Source of the DNA: Octopus bimaculoides
Taxonomy: Eukaryota
Length of the DNA: 64,000 nt
Assembly: GCF_001194135.2 (NCBI RefSeq)
Contig: NC_068985.1
Location: forward strand, 30,890,829-30,954,828
Direction: 5' to 3'
The position numbers and the translations under genes are program-made. Position 1 is the first letter of the stretch. Each line of letters begins with the position of its first letter. Positions 26,261-38,705 of the stretch are shown here, piece after piece. The notes beneath the pieces are model-generated. The model searched no databases. It was not told the origin of the DNA and saw only the letters and a list, made by a program, of their open reading frames with translations.

Positions 26261-27416
26261 GTAAGTATATTTTTTATCACTTTTATTAATTTCTGTTTCA
26301 GTACAGTTTTGAAAAAATACCCCAGTATATATTATTGAACCACACTTTAAATCTGTTTACAATGAATTTCTTGTTGTTTTTAATAGACGCTGATATGTTC
26401 AATGTTTAATTTTAAATGTTGTTCTCCAGGTCAGCCTTGATTTAGCTGACTTATGATTGAAGGCATTCCAGTATTAACCATCCTCTTCCCCCTCCCCAAT
26501 TATGATGTCTTTTTTTGAAGATGGTAGGATGTAATTTGAGGTTGGTTTTGGCTACTATTTCTAGTAGATCAAGAAATTACATTGAGGTTAAGGAATGCAA
26601 GAGCAATGCAAGAAGGCAATTAACTCCAGGGAGATGCGGTGTTTAATACTGAGACTGGGGTGAGGCACTCTAAGGATGCAGAAACAGCAGATGCATCAAG
26701 TGGGCTTTCATTGGAAGCTAATGTAGAGTTTTGTAAGAGGAACAGATTGTCTAGGCTGTGATTTCAGGGAGATTTGGTTGCTAGTTCAAGCAGGTCAATC
26801 AACCATGTAGAGTTTCCATTGTTTGTTACAATCAGTTCATAGCAGTTTAGACCAAGGTCAGCTCTTATCAAACAGATTGATGATAAAAGGCATTCTATCC
26901 TTGACCATCCTCTCAATGTGGCTGCTGTACTAGTAGTTTAAGTCTATTTGCAAAAGTTGTCAACCCACCATTAACTCAACTGGTAATTCTCCCTTACCCA
27001 TACTTGACCTGACTATTTAATCAACTCAACATCATAATTACTCTTCTATGCTCATAACTCTACTGAACATTGTTGGTGTTTTCTTGTAATTTCTCAATAT
27101 TCTCCTTTTACAAATAGCTCAAAGCTGAAGGCACATGCTGGTCTTCTTAATCTTTGTTTGGAAATATGTGAAAACATACATGCTTATGCAGGTATATTCA
27201 CATGTAAAGTCACACAACTACAGATATGTACAGGTGCTCAATTACACATGCTCAAGTATGCACTACACCCTCTTTATCTCTCTCTCCCCTTCTTCTCTCT
27301 CACTGCCTCTCTCATTAATGTATTAATATAGGTATGAGAGTTTTTGAACAATTCAGTCCTTTGCTGTATCTGTAATTTATAGTCAAACTAATTTCTTTTT
27401 TTAATGTCATCCTCAG

Positions 27417-27618
27417 AGTCTGTTTGCAGCAAGGAAGATTACAAACTGTGGTCTTTGTCTGATACTCTGAAAGAAACTGAAGGAATCAGGGGGTGTCTAT
27501 TAGGAAGAAAAGATATCATTGAAAAACGTGTCCCACATGCAAAATGTTACAATGGAGAAGAATACATACGTCCAATAATTACAAAGAATTGCACTTGTAC
27601 AAGGGAAGATTTTGAATG
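27417..27618 (+). CDS. SORL1: SORL1 exon, 10CC domain (VCSKEDYKLWS...GCLLGRK...NCTCTREDFEC)
   Basis: cctcag / gtttgt, phase 1-2; ORF 27404..27733. Confidence 0.95.
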
Positions 27619-28349
27619 GTTTGTATGCAATTTGTTATTCAGTATTTCATTCAAAAATGCATTTTGTATTCAACTTATTGAATACAAGATGCAGTATGTA
27701 TTAAATGAGTTGTTAAATCTATTACATTACTAGTTGTTTTATTTCACTATTTCTTATTTGGGATACAGTATTATTCCATGTGTACCATATTGTGCATTCC
27801 AAGACTGGCAACAAGTGTGGAGTTGGAAATAACTTGCTTGTTTAATAAATTCTTCCTCACTTACAGTTGTTCCAGTGTGGACCCACCATCGGCACACGTC
27901 TTTGTTTCTTTTATCATTCAGGTGGCAGAAACAGTAAGAGCTGTATCGAATGTCATAGAGTGTTTTAGTTTTGTCTTCATGTTTCTTAATTGAAATCTTT
28001 ATGAGCCTGTCATTACTTTTTATTTTCCATCAATAATTTAACATATCAAACTAGAATCAATTAAGTTGACTGTACACCTTAAACCTCAAATTTTGATTGT
28101 AATCAAAATAAATTTACTACACAACTAAATATTGTTTTTTTTCTTACATTAAAGAGGAAAATGTCTGTCTCTTTAGGTTTTCTTGTGTCTCTCTCAATAT
28201 TCATACATTGCCCCACCACCCATCAGTGTGTCTCTGGCTCTCTTCTCTATCTTCATTTTTCATTCATATAACTAAATCTATAGTGTATATATATGGTGAT
28301 GATAATGATGATGATGATACATGTATGTTATTTTTATTTCCACTTTCAG

Positions 28350-28475
28350 TGATTATGGCTTTAAATTAAGATCTCGACACAGCTTGACCTGTGAAACTGA
28401 TCCCAATTCAGACCTTGATATACATAAGATACCAAGTCCTTGCTACCCTGGAACCTACTATTCTTACACCAAAGG
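28350..28475 (+). CDS. SORL1: SORL1 exon, 10CC (DYGFKLRSRHSLTCETDP...PCYPGTYYSYTKG)
   Basis: tttcag / gtttgt, phase 2-2. Confidence 0.93.
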
Positions 28476-28521
28476 GTTTGTACTTACATTTTTAAATTGA
28501 AATTTAATCATACACAATATA

Positions 28522-28903
28522 CAATAGAACCTTGCAGTACCAGTGCTCCATTGTACAAGTAATTTGCTGTACGAGCCGAGACTCGTGCAAATTTTTGTCT
28601 TGAAGTACAAGTGGAAATCTGCAATACAAGCACACAAATCGTCCCATCTTTAAGGTAATTCAGTTAATAAAACCAGTTTGCATATTTCTTATGCATTCTC
28701 TGTTTATAATTGTCATTTCACTTGTAACTACACCTTTTGTTTGAAAACGCATAAAAAATTATTTTTGAGTGGTTTTGTGGGGCTGGAAACGATTAATTAT
28801 ATTTTAATTAATTTCAATGGGGAAAATTGGTTTGTAAAATGAGTAAATCGTAAGACGAGCTTGGTCATGGAACAAATCAAACTCATACTGCGAGGTATCA
28901 CTG
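28522..28903. mobile_element. Tigger/pogo-like MITE
   Basis: TA flanks; imperfect TIRs caatagaaccttgcagta / tactgcgaggtatcactg (13/18 match). Confidence 0.6.
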
Positions 28904-29223
28904 TATTTTGTTTTGCTTTTTTACATTCTGTCCATTTGGGAAATATTTTCTCATCATTTTTATTTTTGAACAATTGAGATTAAACAGTGGTCTTAGGGAT
29001 TTAATTACTCAGAAATTATTAGATTGTATGTGCCATCCCCATTCCCAGTAACAATCTCTCTCTCTCTCTGTCTCACGCACATACACACAAACACTATATA
29101 CATTGATGTCTATTTACAAATTCACTCCTAACTCTGCTAAATACATTTGTGTCGTTTCATTCTCCCTTGCTTTCCCTTATCAACTAAGATGTATGCATAA
29201 CTATTTTATTTGTGTTTTGCCAG

Positions 29224-29306
29224 TTACCGTCGTATTGCTGGTGATAGCTGCAAAGGTGGAATGGAGGCAATATATGCCCCACAAATGAATTCTTGTCCAG
29301 TCAAAG
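29224..29306 (+). CDS. SORL1: SORL1 exon, 10CC end (YRRIAGDSCKGG...SCPVK)
   Basis: tgccag / gtaata, phase 2-1; GYRRIAGDSC motif typical of VPS10 family. Confidence 0.94.
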
Positions 29307-29731
29307 GTAATACAGCTTTTCTCTGTATGAAATAAACTTCAAATGCTAAAAAGCATTTGGGTTACTGTTTTTAATCATCCCACATGACTTCAGCTAGCCT
29401 TGTTTAAATAGATTGGTGACACCATAGTAACAAATCAAAGTAAATCTTAAATTTTTTCTTAATGACGCAGCTATGACTGTATATGTTTGAAAAGCCTGCT
29501 TCCCAACCTCATGGTTCTGGGTTCAGTCCCAACAAATGGTACTTTGGGCAAGCTGACCAAAGCTTTGTGGGAGGATTTGGTTGATAGAAACTGAAAGAAG
29601 CCTGTGATGAATGACACTACTTTTATGACAGTGACAGTCATTTACAACTATCATTCAATGTCAAGACAAAGAGACATAAACATTCAACCCCCATGCATCT
29701 GCATGTATGGGTGTGTGTGTGCTTGCGTGTA

Positions 29732-29771
<40 letters not shown>

Positions 29772-29781
29772 NNNNNNNNNN

Positions 29782-29815
<34 letters not shown>

Positions 29816-30296
29816 TCCTAGACATTAAATGATGATGATGATATATGGGTAGTGGAGTATGTTTGTGTCTCGACCTTGCATGATAGTTTTACATGATTGT
29901 CACTCTCATGCAAGCAGTGTTATTCATTTTCAATATTCTACAAAAACATGTTTGGCCATGGAAATATTACCTTGCTTGGAATCGGGTGAGAATTGGCAAT
30001 AGGAAGAGCATCTGCCTGTAGAAAATCTGCCTTCATAAATTCTGTCCAACCCTTGCAAACACGGAAAAATGGATGTTAAAATGATGATGATTACCATTTT
30101 TAGTTGTTGACTGTCTATGGAGTGCTGGACTATCATTGAAAGAGTAAACAGTGTTTGTCTTGAGATGTACTTCTATCAGTTTGGTGAATACTTAACTCCT
30201 AAATATATACCAATTGGAGGTACATTCACTGCTATAAGCAGGTGTCAACTAAATCCTTGTGAGTGGATTTGATTGAAGGAAACTGAAAGAAGCATG

Positions 30297-30342
<46 letters not shown>

Positions 30343-30899
30343 GTGTGTGTGTGTGTGTGTTACTGTCTCCCTGCCATGACATCACATGGTAGTTGTAAAT
30401 AAGTGTCACTGTCATCCAAATAGTGTCCTTTGTTTCTGATCTTTCCTTGGTCATAGGGAAATATTGCATTACTTGGAAGCAGGTGTGGTAATATTTCTCC
30501 ATGATCAGTGAAGGCATCTGGCCATAGAAAATCCACCCCAACAAATTCCATTTGACCCATATGAGCATGGTAAAGTGGACATTAAAATGATGGTAATGGT
30601 TGTTGTGTTTCTTATACATAATTTATAGAGACATAGATCTAGCTGAAATATTAAGGCTAGCAGTTTTGAAATATTTATAGAGTTATGCAGTAAGATGTAA
30701 GTAATGTTGTATAATATAGTGTTTTAGACTGTTATACTTCAAGTAAACATTAATTACAGCTTCAGGCTGTAATTCTTTCTAATATTACCAGTCCATGCTG
30801 TAAAGTGGTTGGCATTAGGAAGGACATTCTTGTTGTATAGGATATACATGCACACACACACACAATTATATATACAAGCATTAAATATTTTTATTTCAG

Positions 30900-31072
30900 A
30901 AATTCCTGAATTCCTTTTGTATGCTCAACGCAAAATGATTCATCGATATGAATTTGGTTCCCAGAAAAATGACATCCTTGTACAAAGAGGCATCCTTGAT
31001 GCTGTAGTTTTTGATTTTGACAAAGAAGACAACTGCATCTACTGGGGAGACTTGGCTTTGAACACTATAACG
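30900..31072 (+). CDS. SORL1: SORL1 exon, YWTD propeller (IPEFLLYAQRK...FDFDKEDNCIYWGDLAL)
   Basis: tttcag / gttggt, phase 1-0; 173 nt. Confidence 0.94.
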
Positions 31073-31384
31073 GTTGGTTAAATTGCCTTAATAACATTGT
31101 GTTTCTTCCTCTCAGTATAGCTATGCTTTTTAGTTATCCTCTCTCTTTATTAACTAACTTTCATGTGCTTTTGTTTTGCTCTTATGCTTTCTATTATCCT
31201 TTACAGTCCATTCATTTCCTCACATTCATGGTCTGTTCCAACTGCTTTTACTCTTACTAAGATATTATTTAGTAGTCTCGGTTCTTCTATTTTTTTTCTT
31301 CTTCTTCTCTCATCTCTTTTCTTCACTTGTCTTTATTTTCATATTCACAAAACCCACTAACTTTCAAACATACTCTACTTTCAG

Positions 31385-31611
31385 AGACTCTGTTTAGATG
31401 GAAATCATAGCCTTGAGGTTCTTATTGAAAAAGATGTTTCTGGCATTGAAGGAATGGCTTTTGACTGGAGTTCAGGCAATATCTATTGGATTGATTCTGG
31501 GGCTCGCAAGCTTGAAGTGGTGCATAAAACTGGCCGTTTCAGGAGAACACTTCTTAGAGGAGGTGATACCCTGGATAAACCTCGATCAATTACTCTTAAA
31601 CCACACTACGG
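31385..31611 (+). CDS. SORL1: SORL1 exon, YWTD propeller (RLCLDGN...IEGMAFDWSSGNIYWID...DKPRSI)
   Basis: tttcag / gtacat, phase 0-2; LDL-receptor class B repeats. Confidence 0.95.
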
Positions 31612-32083
31612 GTACATATATTTATTAATTTAACAAAGACGTGTGAATAACTTAGCTGAAATCAATAATTAGTAGATTTCAGATATCTCAAAGATCAATG
31701 TGGACACAGATCAGATACCTGTATGAAAGAGACCTAATGAAAACAATTTGTTTGAATAGTGTCTTCCATTTAGTAAAAGTATATATTTGGGGAAATTGCA
31801 TATTATTTCATTTGGCTACTGTATTATGTGACATAAGAATAAATGAATCAAGGCTCTCCCTTTAGATTGGCTCATGTAGCTTCAGGACAAAAAAAAAAAT
31901 GAAAAAAGCAATTTAATCATGTTGGTAGTTTGATTTTTTGGTTACATTATTAATGAGAGTGAGTGATGAGATTGACAGAGTTCTGAACTAATAGAACATG
32001 TAAATTGCATGTAAGGTTTGAACCCTGAAAATAAATCTTTGTTGATCTAACAAATGAATTATTATATTTGATTTTTCTAACAG

Positions 32084-32348
32084 CTACCTCTATTGGACAG
32101 ACTGGTCATCAACTAACCCACGTATAGTCAAAGCCAGTATGGACTGCCGTAACATCACCTATATAGTTCAGGGCAAAGATAATTTGGTATGGCCCAATGG
32201 CATTACTATTGATCACCAGATGGGACGATTGTACTGGACAGATGCCTTTCTGGATCAAATTGTCTCTTCAGATTTAGATGGCAATGACCGAAAGATCATA
32301 GTAAAAGGCAATGAAATCCCACACCCTTATGCTATTGTGGTATATAAG
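32084..32348 (+). CDS. SORL1: SORL1 exon, YWTD propeller (YLYWTDW...WPNGITID...LYWTDAF...PHPYAIVVYK)
   Basis: taacag / gtatgt, phase 2-0; ORF 32139..32393. Confidence 0.96.
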
Positions 32349-32467
32349 GTATGTAACCATAGTGTTGTCATTTCTATTCCTTTTGTTTTTTAACTGCCTG
32401 TTCAATCAAGCACACAAATAGAGTAACTCACAACATCATGGTTGAATTCATAAATCTATATTAATTC

Positions 32468-32514
32468 ACTAGTAGAGATACCTGGCGTTGCTCGGGGTTA
32501 AAATGGTATAGTTT
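32468..32514 (-). mobile_element. Solo Helitron 3' terminus
   Basis: 40/47 identical to the reverse complement of the Helitron end at 46491-46537, including CTAG. Confidence 0.7.
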
Positions 32515-33146
32515 TTTTTATTGTTTTACTTGTTTCAGTCATGTGACCATGGCCATGCTGCAGCAGCGCCTTTAGTCAAACAAATCGATCCCAGGATTTA
32601 TTCTTTGTAAGCCTAGTACTTATTCTATCGGTGTCTTTTGCTGAACCACTAAGTTATGGAAATGTAAACACTGCAACATTGGTTGTCAAGCGATGGTGGG
32701 GGTACAAACACAGACACACATACAAATATACACATATATATGACAGTCTTCTTTCAGTTTCCATGTATGAAAACCACTCACAAGGGTTTGGTCAGCCTNN
32801 NNNNNNNNNNNNNNNNNNNNNNNNNNNNNNNNNNNNNNNNNNNNNNNNNNNNNNNNNNNNNNNNNNNNNNNNNNNNNNNNNNNNNNNNNNNNNNNNNNNN
32901 NNNNNNNNNNNNNNNNNNNNNNNNNNNNNNNNNNNNNNNNNNNNNNNNNNNNNNNNNNNNNNNNNNNNNNNNNNNNNNNNNNNNNNNNNNNNNNNNNNNN
33001 NNNNNNNNNNNNNNNNNNNNNNNNNNNNNNNNNNNNNNNNNNNNNNNNNNNNNNNNNNNNNNNNNNNNNNNNNNNNNNNNNNNNNNNNNNNNNNNNNNNN
33101 NNNNNNNNNNNNNNNNNNNNNNNNNNNNNNNNNNNNNNNNNNNNNN

Positions 33147-33196
<50 letters not shown>

Positions 33197-33198
<2 letters not shown>

Positions 33199-33350
33199 TT
33201 GTTGTTGGCACTCCATCGATTACGATGTTGAGGGTTCCAGTTGATCCAATCAACGGAACAGCCTGCTCGTGAAATTAATGTGCAAGTGGCTGAGCACTCC
33301 ACAGACACGTATACCCTTAACGTAGTTCTCGGAGATATTCAGCGTAACAC
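33197..33350 (-). mobile_element. SINE 3' portion
   Basis: gttggcactccatcg...ggttccagttgatcc...gtggctgagcactccacagacacg; recognised from memory as a coleoid SINE tail. Confidence 0.55.
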
Positions 33351-33405
33351 CAAGAAAATAACATTCAAATTCTTTGTTCATTATCATTTAATTAATTGTT
33401 TTTAG

Positions 33406-33544
33406 GAAAATATTTACTGGACTGATCTCAGCAGACAAGCATTATTGACTGCTAACAAAAATACTGGTTATGGTGTGACTGCAATGCTAACCAATGTGAC
33501 TGGTATAACTGATTTGAAGGTTGTCCATCAATTGGCCCAAAGCA
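33406..33544 (+). CDS. SORL1: SORL1 exon, YWTD propeller end (ENIYWTDLSRQ...DLKVVHQLAQS)
   Basis: ttttag / gtaagt, phase 0-1; 139 nt. Confidence 0.94.
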
Positions 33545-33779
33545 GTAAGTATTGTTTTCTATTTTTCTCTAACATTTCTATTTCAAGTAGTGTTTTTGTT
33601 TTTTTTTAATTGGTCTTCAGTGATTTTAATTTATTGTAATGTAAAAGTATCAATTTTGTTGATGCTATATATAAGATATATTTAACAATAGAAGCCCTCT
33701 TTACGTTTCTTGACTAAGATGGTTATATATATAGACATAGTCACATTATTTGCTGCCCATTTTACTTCCAGCTCAACAC

Positions 33780-34330
33780 TGTACACAACAAAATTTGTCC
33801 CAAACCCCATCTCTCTCCAGTCCAATTTCAAATAAAGTACTGTTGAGCTCTTTACTCTTTTACTATCTACAAGATAATTTATCTTAGTCTGTTAAAACAC
33901 ACAATGATATGTTCCATTGCTAAAAGAGTCAACCTCTCTGATCCTGACAACTACTGTCTACCACTTTCACATCTGACATCTCATAAGAGCTAATGAAAGA
34001 GCTGCTAGGGTGGGGGTGGGGGTGTCTTCAACCTGCTAAAAATAACGGTCAAATTAGCCTCAAATCACATCCTACTGTCTTAAAGAAGGGAAGGATACAT
34101 TATGTAATGTAGACATAGATACCTGAATAAGAAAGACTGGACAGTCATAGATGGAATGCTTTTGATCACAAGTCTTCTTGATCAAGGATGACCTGGAGCT
34201 AAGCAACTTTTGCCACTGACTTACTCTCTCATGAAATGACCATTTGAGTCTGGCCTTTGAGAACTTTCAAGAAAGTAATGTTTCTGTCATTCATATTAGT
34301 AAAATCTTCAACCAGTTTGGGATGAGCCAA
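33780..34330 (+). mobile_element. Old LINE RT relic interrupted by a SINE (about 33990-34205)
   Basis: SIAKRVNLSDPDNY (cf. PIPKKGDxSDPxNYRPI) and SLAFENFQESNVSVIHISKIFN (cf. LDISKAFD). Confidence 0.5.
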
Positions 34331-34493
34331 CAAGAGAACTATGAAGATACTTAACTTGCTAGAAATAGCAGCCAATTCATCATCAGACCTCATACTGTAT
34401 TATCAAAGCTCATCTGGAGCAAAAGAAGAGCAAAACCTGTCTGACATGAATATCACTTTAAGTTACCTGCAAATGGACTCCACCTGTCTTCAA

Positions 34494-34690
34494 CCCTTTG
34501 GTATTTAAACTGGCCATATCCAACCAAAATATTGAACTTGTTTTATGTTCAAAATGGCCAGATCTAACCCTACCATATCATTCTAAAAATTAAAAGTTAC
34601 CTCATAGAAATTTCATGGCTACAAAATAATGCATGTTTAATACAAAACAAATAAGCATTACGTTTAATTGAATAATGTGAATGCTAAGGA
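34494..34690. mobile_element. piggyBac-type MITE (second family)
   Basis: ccctttggtatt...aatgctaagga followed by TTAA; related copy at about 12791-12987. Confidence 0.55.
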
Positions 34691-35027
34691 TTAATTTCTT
34701 GGACTAAAGTTTCCTGTGAGATTTGTGCATTTTTGTGGCTTCTCCTACCCACATTCTGTCAACTTCAGTGACTGCCTCTCCCACTTCCCCAAAGGTTTGC
34801 TTACTGTATGTCTTTTCTTTACATTAATGACCCATTTACTATCACCTCTAATTTCACTCACGACTATGTGGTGGTGAAAATTAATTTGGGAGGTTTTGTA
34901 GAAGCAACATTGAATGAAGAACTTGAAACACATTTTGCATTATGAAACAGAGGAAATTAAAACTTAACCCTGCAAAATATGTTTTTTTAACTAATATCAT
35001 GTATATTTTTTATTATTACTTTTACAG

Positions 35028-35228
35028 CTTTAAGTGCTTGTTCTTTCAAGAATGGGATGTGTTCACAGCTCTGTGTACCTCGACCTCATCATTTGCATAT
35101 TGGACACAACAACCGAACTTGTCTCTGTCAAAACTACATTGGACATATTCTAAAGCCTTCTGGAGATGAAGACTGTTACTGTCCTCATGGGGAAACTTAC
35201 CAAAATGGAATTTGCAAACCAAACAACA
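35028..35228 (+). CDS. SORL1: SORL1 exon, 8-cysteine EGF-like domain
   Basis: ttacag / gtaaat, phase 1-1; CSFKNGMCSQLC...CLC...PSGDEDCYC...GIC. Confidence 0.94.
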
Positions 35229-35800
35229 GTAAATATAATATTCCCCCTTATCCAATCTCTTCTCTTCAGCTTTGTTTTTCATTCATTATTCATTGTTATT
35301 CTTATAGCTTTCACCATGTTTACAAAATACTAATGTTAAATCACCTTGGATTAACCATTTTAGTTTTACTTCTGTAAAATCCTTCTTCCTTGTTTTCTAT
35401 GTTTTCCCACTTAGCTCAACAAAATGGGATAATAAGAACACCCTCTCAATGAAGGAAAAGGAATGAAATTAAACAAATTGTAGATTAAATTACATGGTAA
35501 CTTTTCAAAACTGTTAGAGCTCATTCTGATAGACTGTGAAATTGATAAGAGTTGTGAATAGAGTAACTGTGGTTAATACTGAAAAACTTGTACTTGAGTG
35601 TTGACAACAAAATTGTCAAAATTTTTTGATATAAGTCTACTGGCAGCTTCAAAACAATAGTAAGATTTTTTTGATATTTGTGGTTTCCATCAAGGACTAT
35701 CCTTATATTAGCTTATTTTTTAACCACCATATATTTTTCTGTGTAATCACTGAATGAATTCATACATAGTTTTGTTAATACTTATCTTCCTATTTGTCAG

Positions 35801-35911
35801 ATACTTGTGAACCTCATCAGTTTCAGTGTCACAACAGCCAATGTGTCTCAGCTGCTGTGAAATGTGACCATGATCCTGATTGTGTTGATGGCAGTGATGA
35901 ACTTAACTGTG
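35801..35911 (+). CDS. SORL1: SORL1 exon, LDL-A/CR repeat 1
   Basis: tgtcag / gttagt, phase 1-1; [35 protein letters not shown]. Confidence 0.95.
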
Positions 35912-36329
35912 GTTAGTATTACCAACATACTAGCATTATTTAATTGATCATGTAGTGTTTATATATATACAATGTTTATTCACACCATTTGCAAACAGAA
36001 TATTTCCTTAAGAGCAATATTCTAATACTAATATCATTTACTTTTTGTCTTGGCCATATTTTCATCACCAACAGCATCACTATCATCAGATTCACCTTTT
36101 TTTTTATCTTGGAATAGAAATTCTTGATACTTTACTATTTTCCTAGCTTCATGTCATTACTAATTAAGTAAATGAAATTGCAGGATATAACTATTTTTCA
36201 CTTTGTCAACCACACTACTACACATCATGCATTTAAACTATTGTTCCTTTGCCATTCAGGCTAATATTTCACTGCATCCATTCTTATACAAACTGCCCAG
36301 TGTTGAGTTTCTTCACATACCAATGTTGC

Positions 36330-36750
36330 AGACTGAGCATAGCAATTTTCCTGAGACTATTGAACTAAGAAAACTCTTTCAAATAACTACTCCATCAATC
36401 TTGTCTTTCAACTTTCAAACTTGCCAACACACTCCAACCACTGACCCACAAATATGCTGTCTCTTCACTCTGCCTTGCCTACCACTACTGCTGTGGCCTC
36501 TGCACCTTGGACCTGTCTTGTTCCATAACATTTTCAGTCAGGCACTCCCATCTTGCTTATGACTCCTTTTCTCTTTACTTGTATTGTGTATTCATCTCCC
36601 ATTGGCCCAACACTAACTACTTTGTTCTGTCCTTCCTTCCCAAAACATCTGGAATTCCCTACCTGCATATCTTCTTTGCAGTTAATAATTCTTCCAAGAG
36701 CAACATTAATGGCATCAATCCCACCAATCTCAGATGCAACCTCTTCATCT
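36330..36750 (+). mobile_element. Old LINE ORF2 C-terminal relic
   Basis: LQPLTH.YAVSSLCLAYHYYCGLC...YFVLSFLPKTS..NSLP...KSNIN across frames. Confidence 0.55.
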
Positions 36751-38319
36751 AGACTAAACCAATTAAAAGCAAAAAAAAAAGGTTACCATACTTAGGATTA
36801 ATATTTTATTGGCTTCAGGACTCATGAAAAAATAAGCAATTTAATACTGGAATCTTGGAAGATATCCATGTAACTTCCTCTGTTAGTTCACCACCAACCT
36901 TGCCAAGTTTTCTGAACCAGAACTCACACACCATTCAATCATTCCTAGCTTTCTTTTGTCCTGCAAACTATAGAATCTTCAGGAAAGCAATATATTATTT
37001 CTCTGATATTACACATTATCTTCTTCTTTAGCATGAGACCAGTTTTATAAGTGATGTGGATGTAATCAAACGATTCAACCTCTAGTACTATACCATTACT
37101 TATTTTACATCCTGAAACTTTAAATTAAGAATTCCAAACCTAAAAGTTGTAATGCATTTAGTCTAGCACATTCCTCTCAGACATCTACATTGCCAATTCT
37201 TGTAAACATGTTAGTATGATTTAATTGCTGGGTGTTCACTTAATAGCTAAGTTTTTGTTTCTTTCACATATCATAATATGGTGTTATTAAAATACTCTAA
37301 ATACATTAAAGTTTTTGTTTGAAGTTAAGGTTGTGATGTATCTAAGATATAGTTTCAATTTGACTAATAGTTGACAATTTTGTTTTCAACTGTATTACAT
37401 TTATCTCAAAATAAGTTAAAATCTGTCCTGGATTTGCAAAAGAAAATATTTTAGTGAATGTTGTCAAAATATTAAGATGGTAATTATCATACATTAAATG
37501 AAATAACATAACGTCTTGGTGCACCTTATTACTATTACACATTAATTTTTTTTTTTTTGTCATACAATGAAAATATTTACTACTTCTATCTCACAGTTTC
37601 TGTGATTAAGATTAAATAAGGTTTCCAACTATAAAAGTTCTTATTCTAATAATTTGTGTATTCAGTTTGCAAGAAGAACACTACTGCTTATTGAGAATAC
37701 TCAAAAAAAGAATTTAAAAAAAAGAAACTGTAAAGAAACTGAATAAGTCAGCTTTGTTGTAGCTCTAATCATAGTTATTACTGTTACAAAAGATAGATCC
37801 AGTTAGTCTTTTAAATGACACTAGCACAAAAAAAAGAGAGATTTCAACTGGAGATGATATTAGGTGATGATAGTTTTTATTATTGATCTCTTCTAAGCAA
37901 TCAAAGAAGAGGGGAATAGGTTATAATCATTTACTTTGTAATCATATATGGAACAGAAAGCTTGAAGATAATATCTAATTAAAATGGATATGTTCCATAA
38001 TGTAAGTAAAATTATATTTCTTTGTTTCTTAGACTTTTCTTTTAATTTCATAGTGAACATTCATTTCCCTTATACAAACAAACCTTTCCTTTTTCTTTTC
38101 TGTTTTGTACTTTGTTTTTTTTTTTTTTCCCCCTCCTGTTTCTGATCAGCATATTTAGATTGCATGAACTGCAAAGCTCCTCAGAAATAATTAATCGCAC
38201 TTGACTGCAACTGAATGGTTTGTTATCACCCAGTGTAGCTATCACATTCTCATTTCACTGAGATTTTACATCATACCAGCTCCTATCAGCTGCTCTATGT
38301 TAGTTTTGTTTCCCTGCAG

Positions 38320-38436
38320 AATATCATCCATGTTCTGAAGGTAACTTCCGTTGTCCTAACATGCAATGCATTCCACACCACTGGCTCTGTAACCATGAAA
38401 ATGACTGCAGTGATGGCTCTGATGAGAAAAATTGCA
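38320..38436 (+). CDS. SORL1: SORL1 exon, CR repeat 2
   Basis: ctgcag / gtgagt, phase 1-1; [35 protein letters not shown]. Confidence 0.94.
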
Positions 38437-38705
38437 GTGAGTATTTCTGTCTCATCTTCCTTAAATATTCCTGCGATTTTATTTTTTATTTTATTTTTTT
38501 GATATTTAAATATTTTTGTTACTATTTTATTTGTTTGTTGTTATTTTTTCTGAATTGATTAGCATAAAAAAATAGAAACACATACAGTATACATTATTAA
38601 CAACTTTTATTTTTGCATTAACATTCTATTGTGGCATGGGAATAATAACAAGGACAAAAATGTTGGATAAATTTGTATTAGAAGAATTTTGGAAATTAAC
38701 TTGAA

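Noticed and set aside
27411-27420. Tandem AG acceptors (cag|ag) here and at 31381, 54121, 56481
   Set aside because: The alternative AG is 2 nt away and would frameshift; not NAGNAG, no evidence of use
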